Shown here: positions 9,962 to 20,625 of the stretch, in pieces | How positions within the stretch are numbered: position 1 is the first letter of the stretch | Layout of the letters: each line of letters starts with the position of its first letter | Origin: an uncultured Acidobacteriota bacterium | Lineage (GTDB): Bacteria > Acidobacteriota > JAQAZP01 | NCBI GenBank assembly: GCA_963836075.1 | Contig: CAWIIB010000009.1 | Location: forward strand, 2,432,001-2,496,000 | Reading direction: 5' to 3' | Length of the DNA: 64,000 nucleotides | Notes under the pieces: model-generated | Seen by the model: only the letters and a program-made list of their open reading frames with translations | Told to the model about the DNA's origin: nothing | Databases searched by the model: none | Position numbers and translations under genes: made by a program

Positions 9962-12916
9962 ATGAGGAAATGTGCCCTGATCGCCATCATTATCCTGGCC
10001 CTGGTTGCCGGTTCCGCAAACGCCGGAACCCTGCACAGCGGCCTGGAAAATTACCTGGAAGGCCTGCCGGCCACCCAGACCGAGAAAGTGATCGTGCGGC
10101 TGGCCGAGCAGGCCGACGTCAGCTCCCTCAACCGGCAGCTGAAGCTTGAAGGGGCCACGCTGGCCCTGCGGCACAAGCAGGTCATCGAGCACCTGCGGGA
10201 CACGGCCATGGATACCCAGGCCCCGCTGGTGCAGCACCTGGAGCGGCAGTTCCTGGCCGGTGAGGTGCATGACTTCCGCACCTTCTGGATCGACAACCTG
10301 GTGGGTGTGGAAGCCACCGTGCGGGAGATCAGGGAGATCGCCCGGCGGCCCGACGTCGAGATGGTCTACCTCGACTACCAGATCGAGCTGATCGCTCCGG
10401 TGGAGAAGGACCTGCCCAAGCCGATGGTTGGCCAGGGACGGCAGACGGACGCCCCCCGGGCCATCGAGCCGGGCATCGCCGCGATCAAGGCCCCCCAGGC
10501 CTGGGCCCTGGGATTCACCGGCGCCGGCCGGGTGATCGCCAACATGGACACCGGTGTGGACGGCAACCACGAGGCGCTGGCCACCCGCTGGCGCGGCCTC
10601 ACCGAGCCGGCCGCCGAGTGCTGGTTTGACCCGGTCACTTACTCCACCTTCCCCTTCGACTCCGGCTACCACGGCACGCACACCATGGGGACCATCGCCG
10701 GCTTCACCGCGGCCAACGAGATCGGTGTGGCGAAAGACGCCACCTGGATCGCCGCCGGGGTCATCGACCGGGTGGACATTCCCACCACCATGACCGACGC
10801 CGTGGCCGCTTTCCAGTGGTTCGCCGACCCGGACGGCAACCCGGGCACCACCGACGACGTGCCTGATGCAGTGGGCAACTCCTGGGGCATCAGCCCGATC
10901 TACCACGGGTCGTACATCACCGGCCCCTGTGACGTGACCTTCTGGGCCACGATGGACAACTGCGAGGCCGCCGGCTGCGCGGTGATTTTCTCCGCCGGCA
11001 ACGAGGGACCGACGGTGGCCTCCCTGCGCACCCCCGGCGACCGGGCGGACTCGCCGTACAATGCCTTTTCCGTGGGATCGGTGGATTCCACCAACTACAG
11101 CTTCCCCTATCCCATCTCCGGTTTCTCCAGCCGCGGCCCCGGCTGCAACAACCAGATCAAGCCCGAGGTTGTGGCCCCGGGTGATGACGTGCGCAGCTCG
11201 TACCCCGGCAACAGCTATGGTACGCTCAGCGGCACCTCCATGGCCTCGCCCCACGTCACCGGCAGCATCGCCGTTCTGCGGCAGGTCAACCCCGATCTCG
11301 ACGTGGACACGATGAAGGAGATCCTGCTCATCACCGCAGTGGATCTGGGGCCCGCCGGCGAGGACAACGACTTCGGCATGGGCATCATCGACCTCGAGGC
11401 GGCGGTGATCGCCGCGTCCCAGGGCTACGGCACGGTGCAGGGCACGGTGACCGACTCGTCCTCCGGCGCCCCGGTGCCGGCGACTCTCACCAACCTGAAC
11501 AACGGAGCCACCACCTACGCCAACCCGGCCACCGGCGACTACTCCTTCAGCGTGCCCGGTGACGAGACCCACACCATCGAGGCCACCTATTTCGGCTACG
11601 CCACCCAGCAGCAGGCGGTTTACGTTCCGGCCGAAGGCACGGTGAACGTCGACTTCAGCCTGGTGGCCACGGCCACCGGCACCATCCAGGGCACGGTGAC
11701 CGATTCGGGCGGCGCGCCGGTGAGCGGGGCCACGGTGACCGTTCTCAACACTCCGCTGGCCCCGGTGACCACCAACGGTTCCGGCTTCTACAGTCTGGCT
11801 GCCCCGGGCGGCGCCAGCTATGACCTGCGGTTCAACGCCTCCGGCCACCAGTCGGTGACCGTCAACAGCGTGGCCGTCACCGAGGGCGGCACCACGGTCC
11901 AGGACGTCATCCTGCCCGACTGGTACCAGATCCTGATCTGGGAGCCCGACCCGACGCCGATCAGCGGCGCGGCCATGCAGACCGCCCTGGCCACCCTGGG
12001 CTGGACTTCGGTGATCACTTCCGACCTCTTCGCCTTCAGCAACCCGCTCACCGACTATGACGCGATCTTTGTCCTGGTGGGCGTGTACTACAACAACTAC
12101 ACCTTCTCTTCCGGCAGTGCCGAGGAAACCGCCCTGACCGACTACCTGGACAACGGCGGCAATCTCTACATGGAGGGCGGTGACGTCTGGTGTTACGACA
12201 GCAACCCGGCCACCCTCCGCGGCTACTTCAACTTCATCAACGAGGGTGACGGCAGCGCCGACCTCACCACCACCGACGGTGTGGTCGGAACCTTCACCGG
12301 CGGGATGGTCTTCACCTACAGCGGTGAGAACTCCTATATCGATCAGCTGGGCGCCACCAGCCCGGCCTACGAGATCTTCACCAACCCATCTGACGGTCTT
12401 GGCTGCGGAATCGCTCACGATGCCGGCTCATATCGCTGCATCGGCACTTCCTTCGAGTTTGGAGGACTCATCGACCACGTATCCCCCAGCACTCAGCTGG
12501 AGTTGATGCAGGCCTTCGTCGATTTCTTCGGCCTTGCCGCCGTGCCGGTGGACACGGTGGAGGTGGATATCAGCGTTGCGCCCGACACCGGCACACTGCC
12601 GTTCGTCACGCAGTTCACGGCCCGGCTGATCAACCTGACCAGTGAGAACCGCCGGGCTGCCGGCCGGGTCGATCTGGTGATCGCCAACGGCAACTCTTAT
12701 GGCAACTGGCGGGCCGGCTGGACCAACCTCGGCCCCGCGGAGGTCTTCACCCAGGTCTGGAACCAGAACTTCCCGGCCCTGGGGACCCTGGTGGGAGACA
12801 ACGTCTTTACCATCCACGGGTTCGACGTGACTCCGGCGCCGTACAACCAGCCGCCCTTCGCCCCGTCGGGCGACACCCACAACGCGGTGGCCACGGTCAC
12901 CGGCATGGCTCCCTGA
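9962..12916 (+). CDS. Secreted S8 subtilisin-like serine peptidase (bacillopeptidase F-like) with carboxypeptidase-regulatory-like repeats and CTD-A
   Basis: Signal peptide; catalytic triad motifs DTGVD, HGTHTMG, GTSMASPH; SAGN oxyanion motif; two GTxQGTVTDS Ig-like repeats; terminal DVTPAPYNQPP. Confidence 0.93.
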   Translation: MRKCALIAIIILALVAGSANAGTLHSGLENYLEGLPATQTEKVIVRLAEQADVSSLNRQLKLEGATLALRHKQVIEHLRDTAMDTQAPLVQHLERQFLAGEVHDFRTFWIDNLVGVEATVREIREIARRPDVEMVYLDYQIELIAPVEKDLPKPMVGQGRQTDAPRAIEPGIAAIKAPQAWALGFTGAGRVIANMDTGVDGNHEALATRWRGLTEPAAECWFDPVTYSTFPFDSGYHGTHTMGTIAGFTAANEIGVAKDATWIAAGVIDRVDIPTTMTDAVAAFQWFADPDGNPGTTDDVPDAVGNSWGISPIYHGSYITGPCDVTFWATMDNCEAAGCAVIFSAGNEGPTVASLRTPGDRADSPYNAFSVGSVDSTNYSFPYPISGFSSRGPGCNNQIKPEVVAPGDDVRSSYPGNSYGTLSGTSMASPHVTGSIAVLRQVNPDLDVDTMKEILLITAVDLGPAGEDNDFGMGIIDLEAAVIAASQGYGTVQGTVTDSSSGAPVPATLTNLNNGATTYANPATGDYSFSVPGDETHTIEATYFGYATQQQAVYVPAEGTVNVDFSLVATATGTIQGTVTDSGGAPVSGATVTVLNTPLAPVTTNGSGFYSLAAPGGASYDLRFNASGHQSVTVNSVAVTEGGTTVQDVILPDWYQILIWEPDPTPISGAAMQTALATLGWTSVITSDLFAFSNPLTDYDAIFVLVGVYYNNYTFSSGSAEETALTDYLDNGGNLYMEGGDVWCYDSNPATLRGYFNFINEGDGSADLTTTDGVVGTFTGGMVFTYSGENSYIDQLGATSPAYEIFTNPSDGLGCGIAHDAGSYRCIGTSFEFGGLIDHVSPSTQLELMQAFVDFFGLAAVPVDTVEVDISVAPDTGTLPFVTQFTARLINLTSENRRAAGRVDLVIANGNSYGNWRAGWTNLGPAEVFTQVWNQNFPALGTLVGDNVFTIHGFDVTPAPYNQPPFAPSGDTHNAVATVTGMAP

Positions 12917-12959
12917 GCCCAACTCGCCGCCACTGCGGCGGCGGACAGGATTCATTACT

Positions 12960-12992
12960 GACGGCCCGGCCCGCTTGCCGGGCCGTCGTTTT
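12960..12992 (+). terminator. Rho-independent terminator
   Basis: gacggcccggc-ccgctt-gccgggccgtc (11-bp stem) followed by gtttt, downstream of the S8 gene. Confidence 0.75.
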
Positions 12993-13154
12993 GTACCGTT
13001 GTCAACCGCCGCTGGCCGTCCAATATTGACCTCGGGCAGTGGAATGGCTATCCTCAAGCCTCACGGATTGTCGGCTGATCTTTATCATGTCGTTCAACTT
13101 GTTTACATACAATGGTTTGATTGTTTCAGAGTCTTTGCAACAGGAGAGTGAGCG

Positions 13155-14123
13155 ATGACCGCAGACAATGCGACGGGAAGCGGGCCCCTCTGGTTGTCCA
13201 TCGAGGGGAAAATTGAGGAACTGGGTTCCCAGGATCTGTCCGGGGGCGGTCGGGAGGACGCCATCCACACCATAGCCGGCAAACTGGACGAGGCCGGGTA
13301 CAACGTGTCGAACCATGGTGGGAACATGCTGCACCTGCGCAAGGCGATGGACGCCCGGGCCAGCGTGGGCCACCCGATGATGGATGACCTCAAGTCGGCG
13401 CTGGCGGCGCTGACGCTGGATGACGTGGCCAATGTCTCCGCAGCCACCGGCGTGGTGCTGGACAGGGTGGGGGCCACCTGGCCCCGGATTCTCGAAGCCG
13501 ACCGCCGTCCCGACGTGCAGTGCTTCGTGGAACTGGCCCGCCTGGATCTTCTGGAGGCCCAGGCAAAACAGATGGAAGGGGACCTGGGTGTCCGCTACCT
13601 GCTCGCTGCACAGGTGGACGGTGCAGTGATCATCGAACGCCTGGCCATCGGCCAGGAGGAGCTGGACCGGGTGGTGGCCGCGGTGGCCGCCGAGGCTGCC
13701 GAGCGGAACCGCGTGGCCGGGCTGCTCAAGGAGGCCGGCGACGCCTCCGACGAGGAGAAGGTCAAGCTGCTGCTGAACAAGGAAGTGGCCGAGGAGTTGA
13801 TCCTGGAACTGGCCGGCGTGGAAAAGGCGGTGCTCACCGCGGCGCAGCAGGCCATGGAGGAGGAATTGAAGGAGAAGCAGCGGCTGGCCGAGGAAGTCGC
13901 GGCAAAGAAGGCGGCCGAGGCCGCCGGCCCTTCACTGGACGATATCCCCGACGACGAGATGCTCGAGTACATCGAATCGATCCGCGAGATCCTGGAGTTC
14001 TCCGACGTGGAGAAGGAGATCCGCACCATGTGCGAGCAGAGCTCCATCCCCAAGGCCCTGGTGGACATCGCCGTCTCCGAGCCGGACAAGCTGGACGAAC
14101 TGGAGGCCAAGGCCGAGGGCTAG
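13155..14123 (+). CDS. Hypothetical acidic alpha-helical protein
   Basis: 322-aa ORF with strong GC3 bias and GGAG RBS; no family recognised. Confidence 0.8.
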   Translation: MTADNATGSGPLWLSIEGKIEELGSQDLSGGGREDAIHTIAGKLDEAGYNVSNHGGNMLHLRKAMDARASVGHPMMDDLKSALAALTLDDVANVSAATGVVLDRVGATWPRILEADRRPDVQCFVELARLDLLEAQAKQMEGDLGVRYLLAAQVDGAVIIERLAIGQEELDRVVAAVAAEAAERNRVAGLLKEAGDASDEEKVKLLLNKEVAEELILELAGVEKAVLTAAQQAMEEELKEKQRLAEEVAAKKAAEAAGPSLDDIPDDEMLEYIESIREILEFSDVEKEIRTMCEQSSIPKALVDIAVSEPDKLDELEAKAEG

Positions 14124-14140
14124 AACCGGGTAGAGGGCCG

Positions 14141-15676
14141 ATGCCGCAAAAGGTCACCGTTGTTTTCTGTCCCTACCTCGGCGCTGTGGATGCCGTACCG
14201 CACCTCGGCATCGCCCGCATCGCCCAGGCGGTGAAGCAGGCGGGGTATCCCTGCCGGGTGATTGACGCCAATGCCGTGGTGGCCCGGGAGGACCCGGAGT
14301 GGTTCACCCGTTTCAGCAACCTGACCAACATCGGCCGGGACATCCCCCGAATCAGTTTCCTCTTCGGCCTGCCCGAGCTGCTCTGGTCGCTGGCCGACCC
14401 CTCGGCCGGCCCGCCGCCGCCGGAGTCGATGACCGCCGATGCGGGATCGGCCACGGTTGAGCTGCCCGAGGACCTTCATGCCCGGGCGGAGAAGATCGCC
14501 GACCTGGTGCTGGAGACCGATCCGGCTGTGGCTCTGCTCTCCACCTATATCTCGAACCACGCCTTCACCTGCCACATGGCCCAGGAGTTGCGACGGAAAC
14601 GGCCTTCGCTGCCACTGGTCTGGGGCGGGCCCGGCGTTTACCTGCCGCCGGTACGCAGACTGCTCTCCGGTCTCGAGCTGGCCGATGCTTTTGTTGTGGG
14701 GGAAGGGGAATGGGTGGTGCAGCAGCTGCTGGAGGACTTTTTCAGCGGCGGTTTCCAGACCTCTCCGGGGGTGGAGCTTGCCGGCGGGGAGCCGGCGAAA
14801 CCGGCGCCGCTGCAGCCGGACCTCTCCCTGCTGCCGATCCTCGACGTGGACGACTTCCGTCCCCCCGCCGGTGTACCGCGGATGCCCGACGGCGGGATCT
14901 GGAACCGGTTGACCATTGAGGGGTCGCGGGGCTGCCGCAGCAGCTGCACCTTCTGCACCGAGAAGTACTTCTGGGCCCGGTTCCGCTCGCGGCCGCCGGA
15001 ACGGGTGGTGGAGGAGATCGCCCACCTCAACCAGCGGTACGGTGTCACCTACTTCAACTTCACCGACACGGCAATGAACCATGACGTGGAGTGGCTCGAC
15101 CGGGTCGTCGCCCTGCTCACCGAGCGAAAGCTGGGGGTCCGCTGGGTCAGCGAGTTCATCCCCTCGTTCAACCTGACTCCGGAGCGCTGCCGCGCCGTAC
15201 GGGAGGCCGGTTGCGTGGGGGTCAACCTGGGTACGGAAACACTGCTGGACAAGTACCGCAAGATCCTGGGCAAGCGGGAGAACGACGAGACCATCGAGTT
15301 CTCCATCGCCAACCTCTACGGCGTGGGCCTCTACGCCCTGTCGCACATCCTCATCGGCTATCCCGGCCAGACGCCCGCGGAGATGGCCGAGGACATGGCC
15401 CGCCTGGCCGATCTCTACCAGCGCTATCCGGACCAGAAGATGCGAAAAATCGCCCGTCCCGACCTCTTCAGGGTGGAGCCGTTCACCCCGATGTTCACCC
15501 ACGCCAAGAAGTTCGGCATCGATCTCGAGCCGTATCTCTTCCCCATTCCCCAGCCGTTTCTGCACCTGGAAGAGACGATCCGCGAGATGTCGGTGGTCTG
15601 GCAGCACGGGATGTCGGCCCGGGACCGGATGTTTTACGCCGGCAAGCTGAAGATGCTCTTCGAGGGCGTGTCGTGA
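14141..15676 (+). CDS. B12-binding-domain radical SAM protein
   Basis: 'PHLGIA', 'WGGPG', 'VGEGE', and CxxxCxxC motif 'SRGCRSSCTFC'; true start MPQKV at 14141. Confidence 0.9.
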   Translation: MPQKVTVVFCPYLGAVDAVPHLGIARIAQAVKQAGYPCRVIDANAVVAREDPEWFTRFSNLTNIGRDIPRISFLFGLPELLWSLADPSAGPPPPESMTADAGSATVELPEDLHARAEKIADLVLETDPAVALLSTYISNHAFTCHMAQELRRKRPSLPLVWGGPGVYLPPVRRLLSGLELADAFVVGEGEWVVQQLLEDFFSGGFQTSPGVELAGGEPAKPAPLQPDLSLLPILDVDDFRPPAGVPRMPDGGIWNRLTIEGSRGCRSSCTFCTEKYFWARFRSRPPERVVEEIAHLNQRYGVTYFNFTDTAMNHDVEWLDRVVALLTERKLGVRWVSEFIPSFNLTPERCRAVREAGCVGVNLGTETLLDKYRKILGKRENDETIEFSIANLYGVGLYALSHILIGYPGQTPAEMAEDMARLADLYQRYPDQKMRKIARPDLFRVEPFTPMFTHAKKFGIDLEPYLFPIPQPFLHLEETIREMSVVWQHGMSARDRMFYAGKLKMLFEGVS

Positions 15677-15740
15677 GGATTTTCGCCGGCCGGTCCACTT
15701 GTCCCGGCGGGCCGGGGCGTCCTGAAATTATTGGAATCCT

Positions 15741-17549
15741 TTGATGAGCAGATCATGGTACAGAGGGATGAAAACGGGGACGGTGGGCGAGGTGCGTGAC
15801 AAGGAAGCGAAGCAGAAACCGACGCTGAAGACGGTGCGCTATGCCTTCCGCACCATCATCTGGCCCCGGCGCTGGCTGGTGCTTCTCGGCATCGGGCTGA
15901 TCCTCGTCAACCGTCTTTCCGGCCTCGTGCTTCCCGGGGCCAGCAAATACCTGGTGGACAACGTGATCGGCAACTCGGATCTGAAGCTGCTCAGGCTGCT
16001 CCTCGTCGCGGTGAGCGGCGCTATCCTGGTCCAGGCAGTCTCCTCCTACTTCCTCACCCGCCTGCTCAGCGTGGAAGCCCAGAATCTGATCTCCCAGCTG
16101 CGGGTCAAGGTCCAGCGGCAGGTCATCCACTTCCCGTTGCGCTATTTCGACAATCACAAGTCGGGTGAGCTGATCTCGCGGATCATGTCCGATGTGGAGG
16201 GGGTGCGTAACCTGGTGGGCACCGGACTGGTCCAGCTTTTCGGCGGCCTGCTCACCGCCGTAGTGGCCCTGGCCCTGCTGCTCAGGATCAATGCCACCAT
16301 GACCTTCTACGCCCTGGTGCCGATGGTGCTCTTCGGGGGGATCATGCTCAAGGCCTTCGGCTACATCCGGCCGATCTTCCGCCGCCGCCGGGTGATCAAC
16401 GCCGAGGTCACCGGCCGGCTCAACGAGTCGCTGGGCGGCATCCGGGTGATCAAGGGCTTCAACGCCGAGCCGCAGGAGATCCACACCTTCCAGCAGGGGG
16501 TGGACCGCCTGTTCCGCAACGTGAGGAAGTCGCTCACCGCCACCAGCCTGGTCTCCAGCTCGGCCACCCTGCTGCTGGGCATCTCCGGGGCGGCGATCAT
16601 GGGTCTGGGTGCGCTGATGATCATCCGTGGTCGGATGACCGTTGGCGACTTCTTCGCCTTCACCCTCTACCTCGGGTTTCTCATCTCACCGATCCTGCAG
16701 ATGAGCAACGTCGGCAGCCAGATCACCGACGCCTTCGCCGGTCTGGACCGCATGGAGGAGGTGCTCAACCTGCCCCGGGAGGCCGACGACCCGGCGCGCA
16801 CTCAGCGCCTGGACACGGTGGAGGGCCGCATCGTGTTCGAAAACGTCACCTTCTCCTACGAGGAGGGGAAGGTGGTCATCGACGACATCAGTTTTGTGGC
16901 TCCGGCCGGCTCGGTCACCGCCCTGGTGGGCAGCTCCGGTTCGGGCAAGACCACCATCGCCGGCCTGGCCGCCTCCTTCATCCAGCCCGACCGGGGGACG
17001 GTGCGGGTGGACGGCGCCGACCTGTCCACGGTGGTGCTCGACAGCTACCGCTCGCAGCTGGGGGTGGTGCTGCAGGACGATTTCCTCTTCGACGGCACGA
17101 TCCGCGACAATATCCTCTTCGCCGACCCCGGCGCCGACGAGCAGCGGGTGGCTGCGGCGGCTGCGGCGGCCCATGTCAGCGAGTTCACCGACCGTTTCGA
17201 AGAGGGATTGGAAACGGTGATCGGCGAGCGGGGGGTCAAGCTCTCCGGCGGCCAGCGCCAGCGGGTGGCCATTGCCCGGGCCCTGCTGGCCGATCCGCGA
17301 GTGCTGATCCTCGACGAGGCCACCTCGAGCCTCGACTCGGAGAGCGAGGTGCTGGTCCAGGACAGCTTCAAGCGGTTGCTGGCCGGCCGCACCACCTTTG
17401 TCATCGCCCACCGGCTGAGCACCATCCGCCGGGCCGACCAGATCCTGGTGGTGGAGAAGGGCAAGATCGCCGAGCGGGGAACCCACTCCGAGTTGGTGAA
17501 TGCCGGCGGCCGCTACCAGGAGTTGCACGAGTTCCAGGGCCGGATCTGA
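15741..17549 (+). CDS. ABC transporter, fused permease/ATP-binding (MsbA/MdlB-like exporter)
   Basis: 6-TM domain, Walker A GSSGSGKT, signature LSGGQRQR, LILDEATS; start may be a few codons downstream. Confidence 0.95.
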   Translation: MMSRSWYRGMKTGTVGEVRDKEAKQKPTLKTVRYAFRTIIWPRRWLVLLGIGLILVNRLSGLVLPGASKYLVDNVIGNSDLKLLRLLLVAVSGAILVQAVSSYFLTRLLSVEAQNLISQLRVKVQRQVIHFPLRYFDNHKSGELISRIMSDVEGVRNLVGTGLVQLFGGLLTAVVALALLLRINATMTFYALVPMVLFGGIMLKAFGYIRPIFRRRRVINAEVTGRLNESLGGIRVIKGFNAEPQEIHTFQQGVDRLFRNVRKSLTATSLVSSSATLLLGISGAAIMGLGALMIIRGRMTVGDFFAFTLYLGFLISPILQMSNVGSQITDAFAGLDRMEEVLNLPREADDPARTQRLDTVEGRIVFENVTFSYEEGKVVIDDISFVAPAGSVTALVGSSGSGKTTIAGLAASFIQPDRGTVRVDGADLSTVVLDSYRSQLGVVLQDDFLFDGTIRDNILFADPGADEQRVAAAAAAAHVSEFTDRFEEGLETVIGERGVKLSGGQRQRVAIARALLADPRVLILDEATSSLDSESEVLVQDSFKRLLAGRTTFVIAHRLSTIRRADQILVVEKGKIAERGTHSELVNAGGRYQELHEFQGRI

Positions 17550-17667
17550 ATCCTCCCCTCCAACGGGGCAAGCTCCGATGAAATGAAGTATCCTATTGCA
17601 TGGCTCCGCGCACTATTGAACCTGAGTCATTTGAATCCTGCACTTTACAATCAAGGGAGAAAACATC

Positions 17668-18246
17668 ATGAAGAAACTGTTACTGCTGCTCTGCGTCGTT
17701 GCGCTCATTACGTCCTGCACAACGGTGAAAAAAATACATATCGACTATGCCCACGAGTACGATTTCATTCCGGTCAAGACCTTCCAGTATCTCGACACCG
17801 GGGAGAGCAACGCGCGGAACCCGTTGATGGCCAGCCGCATCACCAGCCTGATCAAGAAGGAGCTTCGCGAGGGAGGCCTCACCGAGGTGAACGAAAACCC
17901 CGACATCATCGTGACCTACCACGTCACCACCAGGGAAAACACCTCGTACAACACGACCTACATGGGCTATGGCGGTTTCGGACCGGGGTGGGGCGGCTAT
18001 GGCGGCTATGGCTACTACGGCGGTTATGGCGGGGGTGTGGGATCATCCATGACCTATGCCACGACCTACACCGAGGGCACCCTGATCCTTGACGCCTACG
18101 ACCCCGAGACCAAGAATGTCGTCTGGCGCGGGACCGGCACCGTGACGGTCGGCGACACTCCGCAGAAGCAGATCAAGCAGGTGGAAGCCATCCTGGCCAA
18201 GATTGGCGGGAAGTGGGACAGGATCCTGGCCGGCAAGGGCAAGTAG
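17668..18246 (+). CDS. DUF4136 family lipoprotein
   Basis: Lipobox 'LITSC', Gly/Tyr-rich loop, 'YTEGTLILD...VVWRG'. Confidence 0.85.
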   Translation: MKKLLLLLCVVALITSCTTVKKIHIDYAHEYDFIPVKTFQYLDTGESNARNPLMASRITSLIKKELREGGLTEVNENPDIIVTYHVTTRENTSYNTTYMGYGGFGPGWGGYGGYGYYGGYGGGVGSSMTYATTYTEGTLILDAYDPETKNVVWRGTGTVTVGDTPQKQIKQVEAILAKIGGKWDRILAGKGK

Positions 18247-18385
18247 GCGGTGGCAAGGAACCTCTTTTTTCTGTAACTGCACCGGCGGAGCGCTCCGCGT
18301 GAACTACTCGCACCCTGTCCCGCCCTGCAACGGGTGAATGGCCGCGTCCGTTGTCTGCTTTTTGCCTCCGGGGCCCAACTCCCGC

Positions 18386-18414
18386 TTGACCCGGGCCGGA
18401 CGTTTCCCTAAGCT
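18386..18414 (+). promoter_or_regulatory. Candidate sigma70 promoter
   Basis: TTGACC-17 bp-TAAGCT upstream of the DHOD-like gene. Confidence 0.5.
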
Positions 18415-18492
18415 GAACGTTCGTTTACATACGCCGGGGACACTCTTTCCCGGTGCTTGACGGTCTCATACATGGTGGAAGGAGATATTGAC

Positions 18493-19479
18493 ATGGCCGA
18501 CCTGAGCACGACTTACATGGGCATCAAGCTGGCCAACCCGATTGTGGTTGGTGCCTGTTCCCTTTCCAAAAACGTTGACGCGATAAAAAAAGTCGAGGAG
18601 GCCGGGGCCGGTGCACTGGTGCTCAAGTCGCTTTTCGAGGAGCAAATCCAGATCGAGCGGCGGGCCTTTGACGACGAACTGGACCAGCACGGCGATATGT
18701 TCGCCGAAGCGGTGTCCCTCTTTCCAGCGGTGGAGCACGGCGGGCCGAAGGAATACCTCTACTGGCTCGAGAAGTCGCGCACGGCGGTGAAGATGCCGCT
18801 GATCGCCAGCCTCAACGCGGTGGAGCACCAGACCTGGGTGGAGTGGGCCAAACAGTTGGCCGATGCCGGAGCTGACGGCCTGGAACTCAATTTTTACTCT
18901 CCGCCGCTGGACACCGCGGTGACCGCCGCTGACATCGAGGCCAGCGAACTGGAGGTGCTCTCATCGGTGGTCGAGGCGGTAAAGATTCCGGTGGCGGTGA
19001 AACTTCACCCGCACTACACCAGCCTGATGAACGTGGCTTCCCGCTTTGCCGATGCCGGGGCCGGGGCCCTGGTCCTCTTCAACCGGCTGTTCGAGCCGGA
19101 CATCGACGTGGAGGCCGAAACCCAGAAAATCGCCCCCGGTCTGAGCCGTGCCGGTGACATCCTGCAATCGGTACGCTGGACCGCTCTGCTGGCCGGTCGT
19201 GTGGAGGCCGACATCATCGGTTCCGGCGGCGTGGGCAGCGGCCGGGACGCGGCCAAGCTGATCCTCGCCGGCGCCAATGCGATCCAGGTGGTGAGCACGC
19301 TCTACCGTCACGGTATGGACGGGCTGGGCGGAATCATCGGCGAGCTGGGCGCCTGGATGGACGAGCACGGACACGCCGACCTCCAGAGCTTCCGGGGCAA
19401 GCTGGCCCAGGAGCGTCTGACCGATCCCTGGCATTACACCCGCGGGCAGTATATCAAGGGCATTCTCGGTTTCGATTAA
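18493..19479 (+). CDS. Dihydroorotate dehydrogenase-like protein
   Basis: 'DLSTTYMGIKLANPIV', 'GAGALVLKSLFEEQI', 'LELN', 'LVLFNR'; RBS aaggag at 18479. Confidence 0.9.
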   Translation: MADLSTTYMGIKLANPIVVGACSLSKNVDAIKKVEEAGAGALVLKSLFEEQIQIERRAFDDELDQHGDMFAEAVSLFPAVEHGGPKEYLYWLEKSRTAVKMPLIASLNAVEHQTWVEWAKQLADAGADGLELNFYSPPLDTAVTAADIEASELEVLSSVVEAVKIPVAVKLHPHYTSLMNVASRFADAGAGALVLFNRLFEPDIDVEAETQKIAPGLSRAGDILQSVRWTALLAGRVEADIIGSGGVGSGRDAAKLILAGANAIQVVSTLYRHGMDGLGGIIGELGAWMDEHGHADLQSFRGKLAQERLTDPWHYTRGQYIKGILGFD

Positions 19480-19550
19480 TCCGGTCAGCAACCAGGTGGT
19501 GGTCCCGGCACAAGTGGTGCAGGGACCGCCCTGTACGGAGTGGACCGCAG

Positions 19551-20549
19551 ATGAAGAGCGCAACCGGCCGGGACAAAGTGGATGTGCTGGTGATCGGCGC
19601 CGGGCCCATCGGCCTGGCCTGCGGGGTGGAAGCCAGCCGGCGGGGGCTCAGCTGCCGTATCGTGGAGAAGGGCTGCCTGGTCAACTCGATCTACAACTAC
19701 CCGGCCAACATGACCTTCTTTTCCACGGCCGACCGGCTGGAGATCGGTGACGTGCCCTTCATCTCCCACGGGGACAAGCCCAACCGTCGCGAAGCTATGA
19801 ACTACTACCGCCGCGTCGCCCAGGCCTGGAAACTGGACGTGCGGACCTACGAGCGGGTGGAGGCATTGGCCGGGGAGGCCGGTGATTTTCACGTCACCAC
19901 CGATCGCGGAACCCACCATGCCCGCACCGTGGTGGCAGCCACCGGGTACTATGACACCCCGAAGCTGATGAACGTCCCTGGCGAGGAACAGCCCAAGGTC
20001 AAGCACTACTATGACGAGCCCCACCGCTACGCCTACCAGGATGTGGCGGTGATCGGCGGGGGCAACTCGGCGGTGGACGTGGCGCTGGAAACCTACCGCT
20101 GCGGCGCCCGGGTCACCCTGGTGGTGCATGAGCCGGGATTCAAGAAGGGGGTTAAATACTGGGTCCTGCCCGACATCGAGAACCGGATCAAGGAAGGGGA
20201 GATCGAGGCCCACTTCAGTTCCGGTGTGGAACGGGTGGGGGAGCGTGATATCACCCTGCGCACCCCCGATGGGCCGCTGACCCTGCCCAACGATTTCGTG
20301 CTGGCCATGACCGGCTACGTTCCCGACTACTCGCTGCTGGAAAAGCTGGGTGTGGCCGTGGGGGACGACCGGTTCCGCAGCCCCTCCTTTGACGGGGACA
20401 CCTTCGAATCCAACCGGCCCGGTCTCTTCCTCGCCGGTGTGGTCTGCGGCGGGATGGAGACCTCGAAGTGGTTCATCGAGAATTCCCGCGAACACCCCGG
20501 CCGGATCTTTGACCGTATCGGGGCCCACCACCTCAACGGGCGGAATTGA
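19551..20549 (+). CDS. ypdA: YpdA family FAD-dependent oxidoreductase (putative bacillithiol disulfide reductase)
   Basis: 'VIGAGPIG', 'EKGCLVNSIYNYP..MTFFST', 'ATGYYD', 'GGGNSAVD', 'WFIENSR'. Confidence 0.88.
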   Translation: MKSATGRDKVDVLVIGAGPIGLACGVEASRRGLSCRIVEKGCLVNSIYNYPANMTFFSTADRLEIGDVPFISHGDKPNRREAMNYYRRVAQAWKLDVRTYERVEALAGEAGDFHVTTDRGTHHARTVVAATGYYDTPKLMNVPGEEQPKVKHYYDEPHRYAYQDVAVIGGGNSAVDVALETYRCGARVTLVVHEPGFKKGVKYWVLPDIENRIKEGEIEAHFSSGVERVGERDITLRTPDGPLTLPNDFVLAMTGYVPDYSLLEKLGVAVGDDRFRSPSFDGDTFESNRPGLFLAGVVCGGMETSKWFIENSREHPGRIFDRIGAHHLNGRN

Positions 20550-20571
20550 CCCGGCTGTAAAGTATGTGATG

Positions 20572-20606
20572 AAAAAGGAAAACCCCTCCGAAAGGAGGGG
20601 TTTTTC
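20572..20606. terminator. Bidirectional intrinsic terminator
   Basis: aaaacccctcc-gaaa-ggaggggtttt with A and T tracts, between convergent genes. Confidence 0.88.
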
Positions 20607-20625
20607 ATCTGTGGCGCCCTGGTGG

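Noticed and set aside
9788-12418. Long antisense ORFs (also 26055-27788, 34440-36284, 47837-50014, 61667-63700)
   Set aside because: Shadow frames of GC3-rich genes on the opposite strand; no motifs
13520-14140. N-terminal extension of the 718-aa ORF in the track
   Set aside because: Overlaps the real 13155-14123 gene in another frame and is low-complexity; radical SAM homology starts at 14141
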